Notes under the pieces: generated by a model
Told to the model about the DNA's origin: nothing
The model's database searches: none
The model's input: only the letters and a program-made list of their open reading frames with translations
Translations under genes and position numbers: made by a program
Source of the DNA: Azospirillum sp.
GTDB lineage: Bacteria > Pseudomonadota > Alphaproteobacteria > CACIAM-22H2
NCBI GenBank assembly: GCA_020249045.1
Contig: JADCGK010000049.1
Coordinates: 9,112 to 73,111 of the forward strand
DNA length: 64,000 bases
Reading direction: 5' to 3'
In this document: positions 58,110 to 64,000 of the stretch, one piece after another
How the letters are laid out: the number at the start of each line of letters is the position of its first letter
Numbering within the stretch: position 1 is the first letter of the stretch

Positions 58110-59108
58110 CTACGGCCGCAGGAACCCGACGATGTCGTAGATTTCGGCGAGATGGCGCTTGGCCATGCCGCCCGCACGCTCCGCCCCGCGCCGCAGGACC
58201 GCGTCGATGGCGCCCGGATCGGCCATCAGCCGGTTCATTTCGGCCGTGATCGGCGACAGCGTGGCCACCGCCAGGTCCGACAGCTTGCCCTTGAACTCGG
58301 AGAATTGCTTGCCCGCGAATTCGGCCACCACGTCGTCGAGCGCGCGGTCGGATAGGGCCGCGTAGATGCCGAGGAGATTGTCGGCCTCCGGCCGGTCCTT
58401 CAGCCCTTCGACCGAGTCCGGCAAGTTGTGCGGATCGGTCTTCGCGCGCTTGATCTTCTGCGCGATCATGTCGGGCGTGTCGGTCAGGTTGATGCGGCTC
58501 TGGTCGGATTCCTCCGACTTGCTCATTTTCTTCGTGCCGTCGCGCAGCGACATCACGCGCGTGGCCGTGCCGAAAATCTGCGGCTCGGGCAGCGGGAAAT
58601 ACTCGACGCCGTAGCGCGCGTTGAAGGCGCCGGCGATGTCGCGCGCGAGCTCCAGATGCTGCTTCTGGTCCTCGCCCACGGGCACGTGGGTGGCCTTGTA
58701 GGCCAGAATGTCGGCCGCCATCAGAACCGGATAGGCGTAAAGGCCGAGCCCGGCGTTCTCGCGGTGCTTGCCGGCCTTGTCCTTGAACTGCGTCATGCGG
58801 TTGAGCCAGCCCAGCGGCGTGAGGCAGCCCAACGTCCAGGCGAGTTCGGTGTGCGCCGAAACGGTCGACTGGTTGAAGATCGTGCACGCGTCCGGATCGA
58901 TCCCGCAGGCGATGTACGCGGCCGTCACCTCGCGCGTGGATTTGCGCAGTTCGGCCGGGTCCTGCGGCAGGGTGATCGCATGCAGATCCACGATGCAGAA
59001 GACGCACTCGTAATCCTTCTGCAGCTTCACCCAATTGCGGATGGCGCCGAGATAGTTGCCGAGATGCAAGTTGCCGGTGGGCTGGATGCCCGAAAAGATG
59101 CGGTTCAT
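58110..59108 (-). CDS. trpS: Tryptophan--tRNA ligase
   Basis: [19 protein letters not shown] (HIGH region) and the KMSKS motif ([10 protein letters not shown]). Start placed at MNRIFSG. An upstream ATG at 59147 is an alternative. Confidence 0.9.
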   Translation of the reverse strand: MNRIFSGIQPTGNLHLGNYLGAIRNWVKLQKDYECVFCIVDLHAITLPQDPAELRKSTREVTAAYIACGIDPDACTIFNQSTVSAHTELAWTLGCLTPLGWLNRMTQFKDKAGKHRENAGLGLYAYPVLMAADILAYKATHVPVGEDQKQHLELARDIAGAFNARYGVEYFPLPEPQIFGTATRVMSLRDGTKKMSKSEESDQSRINLTDTPDMIAQKIKRAKTDPHNLPDSVEGLKDRPEADNLLGIYAALSDRALDDVVAEFAGKQFSEFKGKLSDLAVATLSPITAEMNRLMADPGAIDAVLRRGAERAGGMAKRHLAEIYDIVGFLRP

Positions 59109-59159
59109 GACGGGCCGGTTTATCGCGTCCCGGAGGCGCCGGGTCAACCGCGCGCCCCG

Positions 59160-60698
59160 CTACCCTCGCGAAAGCCCGCGCAGATCGGACGGCTTCGCCG
59201 CCCCGAACAGCCACGCGGCCCCCGCATAGGACGCCAAGCCCAGGGCGATCAGCCCGCCCAAGGCGGCGTAGCGCCAGCCAGGCGCCGCGAGCCAGGGATC
59301 GAGGATCCAGCGCGCGAAGATCAGGATTCCGGCCATCGCGAGGGCGGCGCCGATCTGGCGCGGCAGCCGGGCCTTGAGGCGCGCGTCGGGTACCAGGAAC
59401 CCCTCGCGCAGCAGCAGGCGCGCGAGCAACCCGGCGTTCAGGATCGCCGCCAAGGCCGTGGCCAGCGCCAAACCGACATGCCCGACGATCCCCATCAGCG
59501 ACACGCCGCAAACCGTGTTGAACGCGACCGCGCCGATGGCGATCTTCACCGGCGATTTGGTGTCGCCCCGGGCGTAGAAGTTGGGCGTCAGGACTTTGAC
59601 GGCGACGTAGGCGGGCAAGCCGGCCGTGTACGCGACCAACGCCGCCGCCGTCGCCGAAACGTCGGCCGCGCCGAAGGCGCCGCGCCGGAACAGCACGTCG
59701 ACGATGGGTTCCGCCAGAACGATCAACGCCGCCGTCGCGGGCAGGGTCAGCAGGCTCGCCGCTTCGAGGGCGCGGTTGAGCGTGGCGCGCGCTTGATCGT
59801 GCTCGCCCAGGCGGATCTGCCTGGATTGCAGCGGCAATAACGCGGTGCCCAGCGCGATTCCCACGACGGCGAGCGGCAATTCGTAGATGCGGTCGGCGTA
59901 GTAGAGCCAGGAGATCGACCCGGCCGCGAGCAGCGAAGCGAGGATCACGTCGACGACCAGATTGATCTGCGCGGCGCCCGAGCCCACCGCCACGGGCGCC
60001 ATGCGCTTGAGCAGATCCTTCGTCTCCGGCGACAGGCGCGGCGCACGCAAGCGCAGCGCGAACTCCTCGCGCGCGCAGGCCCAGGCCAGGAACAGGAATT
60101 GCGCGACCCCGGCCAGCGCGACGCCCCAGGCCAGCGCGTGGCCCGGCGTCGCCAGAACCGGCGTCAACGCGACCAATGCGCCGATCAGGCACAGGTTCAG
60201 CACGATCGGCGTCGCCGCGACGGCCGCGAACCGGTCGAGCGAATTCAACACCCCGCCTTGCAGCGCCACCAGCGACACGAACAGCAGATAGGGGAACGTC
60301 ACGCGCGAAAACTCGATGGCCAGGGCGAGGCGCTCGGGCTCGTCCGCGAAGCCCGGCGCGATCGCGCGCACGATCCACGGCATGGCGAATTCCGCCGCGA
60401 CGGTCAGCGCGAACAGCACGGCGAGCAGCGCGGCCAGCGCGTTCTCGGCGAAATCGCGCGCGGCCGTGCGTCCGTGCTGGGCCAGCGTGCCCGCGAACAT
60501 CGGCACGAACGCCGCCGCGAAGGCGCCCTCGGCGAACAGGCGGCGGAAGAAATTCGGGAACTTGAACGCGACGAAAAACGCGTCGGCGACCGGCCCCGCG
60601 CCGAGATAGGCGGCCGTGGCCATGTCGCGCACGAAGCCCAGCACGCGGCTGGCCATCGTGTAGCTTCCGACCGTCGCCGTCGCGCGCAACAATGCCAT
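59160..60698 (-). CDS. murJ: Lipid II flippase MurJ (MviN)
   Basis: MALLRATATVGSYTMASRVLGFVRDMATAAYLGAG... canonical MurJ N-terminus. 14-TM. 512 aa. In the conserved glnD-murJ-trpS order. Confidence 0.85.
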   Translation of the reverse strand: MALLRATATVGSYTMASRVLGFVRDMATAAYLGAGPVADAFFVAFKFPNFFRRLFAEGAFAAAFVPMFAGTLAQHGRTAARDFAENALAALLAVLFALTVAAEFAMPWIVRAIAPGFADEPERLALAIEFSRVTFPYLLFVSLVALQGGVLNSLDRFAAVAATPIVLNLCLIGALVALTPVLATPGHALAWGVALAGVAQFLFLAWACAREEFALRLRAPRLSPETKDLLKRMAPVAVGSGAAQINLVVDVILASLLAAGSISWLYYADRIYELPLAVVGIALGTALLPLQSRQIRLGEHDQARATLNRALEAASLLTLPATAALIVLAEPIVDVLFRRGAFGAADVSATAAALVAYTAGLPAYVAVKVLTPNFYARGDTKSPVKIAIGAVAFNTVCGVSLMGIVGHVGLALATALAAILNAGLLARLLLREGFLVPDARLKARLPRQIGAALAMAGILIFARWILDPWLAAPGWRYAALGGLIALGLASYAGAAWLFGAAKPSDLRGLSRG

Positions 60699-60950
60699 GC
60701 CGAAGGGGTCCGGCCCCGCGTCAGCGCAGGCGCGGCGGGGCGCCCCAGCCCCACAACGCGAACCACGGCGCCCACGCGGCCCGCACCATGCCCGCCCACA
60801 GCGCCACGGGATCGGGCAGGGCGGTCGCGTCGTTCGCCTGCAAGGCCAGCACGATGCGTTCGGGCCCTTCGGCATCCGCCGCGCGGTGGCGCAGTTCGAG
60901 CGTGAGCCCGGGCAGATCGGCGGTCAGGCGGGTTTCCTGGGACATGGGGT

Positions 60951-63788
60951 TCACTCGGCCGCTTCGGCGGCGCGCTTGCGTTTGGGGCCGTCGTCGTCGT
61001 GCGCGGCGAGCGTTTCGAGCAGTGCCGCGCGCACGCGTTCGAGCTTGGCCTCGTCGACGATCTTATGGCCGAACACGTCCTTGACGTAGAACACGTCCAC
61101 CGCGCGTTCGCCGTAGGTCATGATCTTGGCGGTGGAGATCGACAGACCCAGCCCCGTCAGCGTCGAAGCGACGTCGTAAAGGAAGCCGATCCGGTCGCGG
61201 CCGTTCACCTCGATCAGCGTGTGGTGTTTGGAGGCTTGGGTATCGACGATCACGCGCGGCGGGACGGTGAACACGCGCGTGCGGCTGGGGATGGCGGGCC
61301 GCTTGGCGAGCAATTCCTTGACGCGCAGGCGTCCGCCCAGCGCGTGTTCGATCTGCGTCGCGAGCTTGGCGAGTTTTTCGGGCCGGTCGAAGGCGGCGGG
61401 CTGGCCTTCCGGATCGGACGCCGGCTCCTGGATCGAAAAGCTGTCCAGCGCCATGCCGTTGGACAAGGTGAAGATCTGCGCGCCCACGATGTTGGCTCCG
61501 GCCAGCGCCATGGCGCCCGCGATGCGCGCGAACAGGCCGGGATGGTCGTGGGTGTAGATCGTGATTTCTGTGATCGTGCGCTTGCGGTCGATGCGCGTGT
61601 CGATGGCCAGCGGCAGGCGCGCGCGTTCCGCCTCGCGCACGAAGCGCGCGTGGCGGGCTTGCGAAGCGCTGTCGAGCGACAGCCAATAGGCGGGATAGCC
61701 GAGGCCCTGGAACCACGCGAGGTCGGCCTCCGGCCAATCGACCAGTTCGTCGCGCAAGCGCGCCTGGGCGATCGCCACGCGCTTCATCGTGCCTTCTTCC
61801 GAATAGGCGCCGGCCAGCCATTCGACCGTGCGGTCGTAAAGCTCGCGCAGCAGCGTCGCCTTCCAGGCGTTCCACACGCCCGGGCCCACGGCGCGGATGT
61901 CCGCGACGGTCAGGCACAGCAACAGGCGCAAGCGTTCGGGGCTTTGGACCAATTCGGCGAAGGCGCGGATCGCCTGCGGATCCTGGATGTCGCGCTTGAA
62001 GGCGGTCGCCGACATGGCGAGGTGGTTGCGCACCAGCCAGGCGACGGTTTCCGTCTCCTCCGCCGACAGGCCCAAACGCGGCCCCAGGCGCTGGGCGATC
62101 TCGGCGCCCAGCACCGAATGATCGCCGCCCCGGCCCTTGGCGATGTCGTGCAGCAGCAGCGCGAGGTAAAGCGCGCGGCGCGAGGCGACCTGGCGGATCA
62201 CATCGCTCGCGCGCGGATGGTCGGCGGCGAGTTCGCCCTTTTCGATCCGGTGCAGGATGCCGATGGCGAAGATCGTGTGCTCGTCGACCGTGTACACATG
62301 ATACATGTCGTGCTGCATCTGCGCGACGACGCGGCCGAAATCGGGCACGAAACGGCCGAACACGCCGGCCTCGTTCATCCGGCGCAACGTCGTCTCCGCG
62401 TTCGCGTCGGTCAGAATCTCCATGAACAGCGCGTTGGCCTCGGGGTTCGCGCGCAAGGCGCCGTCCACGCCGCGCAAGGCCGCGCGCATCCGGCGCAGCG
62501 CATAGGGATGCACGTCCAGCCCGTCGATCTGCGCCACGCGGAAGATGCGCAGGAAATTGACCGGGTCGGTTTCGAACGCGTCGGGCTTGGCCAGCGTCAG
62601 GCGCCCGCTTTCCAGCGCGAAGCGGCCGTCGCCGAGCTTTTTGGGTGCGCGGCGGAACAGCTTGCCGACGTCGAAGCGCGTCTTCTTGCCTTCCTCGAGT
62701 TCCAGCGCCGCGCAGAAGATGCGCGTCAAGTCGCCAACCTCCTTCGCGACCAGGAAGTAGTGCTTCATGAAGCGTTCGACCCCGCGCGTGCCGCGATGGT
62801 CGGTGTAGCCCATGCGCTTGCCGATTTCGGCCTGCACGTCGAAGGTCAGACGGTCGTCGGGGCGGCCGGCCAGATAATGCAGGTGGCAGCGCACGCTCCA
62901 CAGGAATTCCTGGCATTTGGCGAAACGCGCGGCCTCTTCGGCCGTGAACACGCCCTTGAGCACGAGGTCGCGCACGCTGTCCACGCGGTGCAGATACTTG
63001 CCGATCCAAAACAGCGTGTGCAGGTCGCGCAGACCCCCTTTGCCGTCCTTGACGTTGGGTTCGAGCAGATAGCGCGAATCGCCGAGCCGCTGGTGGCGCT
63101 GGTCGCGCTCGGCGAGCTTGGCTTCGACGAATTCCGCGCCCGTGCCCTTCACGAGTTCGGCGTGGAAGCGCTTCTTGACCTCGGCGAACGGCTTCTCGTC
63201 GCCCCAGAGGTAGCGGCTTTCCAGCATCGTCGTGCGGATCGTCATGTCCTCGCGCGCGAGGCGCACGCATTCCTCGACCGAGCGCGTGGCGTGACCGACC
63301 TTCAGGCCCAAATCCCACAGCGCGTAGAGCGTCCACTCGACCATCTGCTCGATGCGCGGATTCGATTTGTAGGGCCGCACGAACAGCAGATCGATGTCGG
63401 ATTGCGGCGCCAGTTCCGCGCGGCCGTAGCCGCCGACCGCCGCGATCGACACGATCTCGCCCGCGGTGGGATTGGCCAGCGGATAGACGTGCCGGTCGGC
63501 GAAGTCGTAGATCAGCCGGACGATCTGATCGATCAGGAACGCGCCCGCGCGCACGGTCTGCGCGCCGTTGGCGCCTTCGGGCGCGCCTTGCTTCAATTCG
63601 AAACGGCGGCGGATCTCGGCGCGGCCAGCGGCCATCGCGGCCTTGACCCGGTCGAGGGCCGCGCGGCGCAGTTTGTCGGCCGGCCCGTCATACCCTTCGG
63701 CCAGCGCGCGCAGATCGGCGTCGACCGCGCGTCGGTCGATGATCGCGCGCTGATTGGCGACGTCGTCGCGGGGCGGGGATTCGTCCAT
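60951..63788 (-). CDS. glnD: Bifunctional [protein-PII] uridylyltransferase/uridylyl-removing enzyme
   Basis: Nucleotidyltransferase motif (GGYGRAELAPQSDIDLL), an HD domain (HDIAKG) and two C-terminal ACT domains. 945 aa. Confidence 0.9.
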   Translation of the reverse strand: MDESPPRDDVANQRAIIDRRAVDADLRALAEGYDGPADKLRRAALDRVKAAMAAGRAEIRRRFELKQGAPEGANGAQTVRAGAFLIDQIVRLIYDFADRHVYPLANPTAGEIVSIAAVGGYGRAELAPQSDIDLLFVRPYKSNPRIEQMVEWTLYALWDLGLKVGHATRSVEECVRLAREDMTIRTTMLESRYLWGDEKPFAEVKKRFHAELVKGTGAEFVEAKLAERDQRHQRLGDSRYLLEPNVKDGKGGLRDLHTLFWIGKYLHRVDSVRDLVLKGVFTAEEAARFAKCQEFLWSVRCHLHYLAGRPDDRLTFDVQAEIGKRMGYTDHRGTRGVERFMKHYFLVAKEVGDLTRIFCAALELEEGKKTRFDVGKLFRRAPKKLGDGRFALESGRLTLAKPDAFETDPVNFLRIFRVAQIDGLDVHPYALRRMRAALRGVDGALRANPEANALFMEILTDANAETTLRRMNEAGVFGRFVPDFGRVVAQMQHDMYHVYTVDEHTIFAIGILHRIEKGELAADHPRASDVIRQVASRRALYLALLLHDIAKGRGGDHSVLGAEIAQRLGPRLGLSAEETETVAWLVRNHLAMSATAFKRDIQDPQAIRAFAELVQSPERLRLLLCLTVADIRAVGPGVWNAWKATLLRELYDRTVEWLAGAYSEEGTMKRVAIAQARLRDELVDWPEADLAWFQGLGYPAYWLSLDSASQARHARFVREAERARLPLAIDTRIDRKRTITEITIYTHDHPGLFARIAGAMALAGANIVGAQIFTLSNGMALDSFSIQEPASDPEGQPAAFDRPEKLAKLATQIEHALGGRLRVKELLAKRPAIPSRTRVFTVPPRVIVDTQASKHHTLIEVNGRDRIGFLYDVASTLTGLGLSISTAKIMTYGERAVDVFYVKDVFGHKIVDEAKLERVRAALLETLAAHDDDGPKRKRAAEAAE

Positions 63789-63850
63789 CGGGGGCAGTAT
63801 AGTCGGCGCTTCGGACCGGATGGAGGCGAAATTGCGGCGGCGTATCGGGA

Positions 63851-64000
63851 TGTTGCTGTTGGTTTTGGGAGCGTGCCAGGCGGCGCCGCCGCCGGCCGCG
63901 TCGTTGCGTGTGGGCCTGCTCGCCGACGGACGTACCATCGAAATCCGCGCCGACGACCGGCTGGCGATCGCCGCGGCCGAATTGCGCTTGCCCGGTCATG
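63851..64000 (+). CDS. 5' fragment of a secreted protein of unknown function (continues beyond window)
   Basis: The ATG at 63851 is followed by the signal-peptide-like MLLLVLGACQAAPPPAASLRVGLLADGRTIEIRADD. Too short to assign a family. Confidence 0.3.

Noticed and set aside
1-64000. CRISPR arrays, IS elements, integrases, prophage genes, toxin-antitoxin pairs and restriction-modification genes.
   Set aside because: No direct-repeat/spacer periodicity and no transposase, integrase, nuclease or methylase-like translations were found in any frame. The accessory character of the right half rests on composition and gene content only.

Overview
This is a high-GC (roughly 68-70%) alphaproteobacterial-type chromosomal segment with about 65 protein-coding genes. 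I found no rRNA, tRNA, CRISPR array, transposase or integrase.

Left part: the 3' end of a PfkB kinase gene, typA, a methyltransferase-like gene, then a roughly 12.5 kb minus-strand array of 12 co-directional genes, nearly all joined by 4-nt start/stop overlaps. That array runs from a ddpX-type dipeptidase through two GT4 glycosyltransferases, a histidine phosphatase, a COG4671-type glycosyltransferase, a deacetylase-like protein and a small membrane protein into a yejF-yejA-yejB-yejE peptide ABC importer and a sterol-desaturase-family protein.

Middle: classical housekeeping synteny (tsaB-rimI-fur-olsB-olsA-miaB-phoH-ybeY-corC-lnt-HTH-metK-trmB), an orphan PAS histidine kinase, and pnp-rpsO-truB-rbfA.

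Right part looks more accessory. It holds a lower-GC secreted protein of unknown function, acuI, and a flippase-like membrane protein convergent with a second COG4671 glycosyltransferase. Next is the most unusual gene in the window: a 900-aa ABC-exporter-like protein whose ATPase motifs are all degenerate and whose Q-loop segment is triplicated. It is translationally coupled to a stand-alone cyclic-nucleotide-binding protein. After that come benE-xthA, a puuD-like amidotransferase with an alpha/beta hydrolase, two tandem TerC-family paralogs sharing conserved leader sequence blocks, and an SH3b/LRAT-like/LEA_2 lipoprotein trio. The window ends with nfuA, a class III nucleotidyl cyclase with an unrecognised N-terminal domain, uspA, tauE, a WYL regulator, trpS, murJ and glnD.

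Many very long ORFs in the six-frame track are antisense or fusion artefacts typical of high-GC DNA and are not reported as genes.
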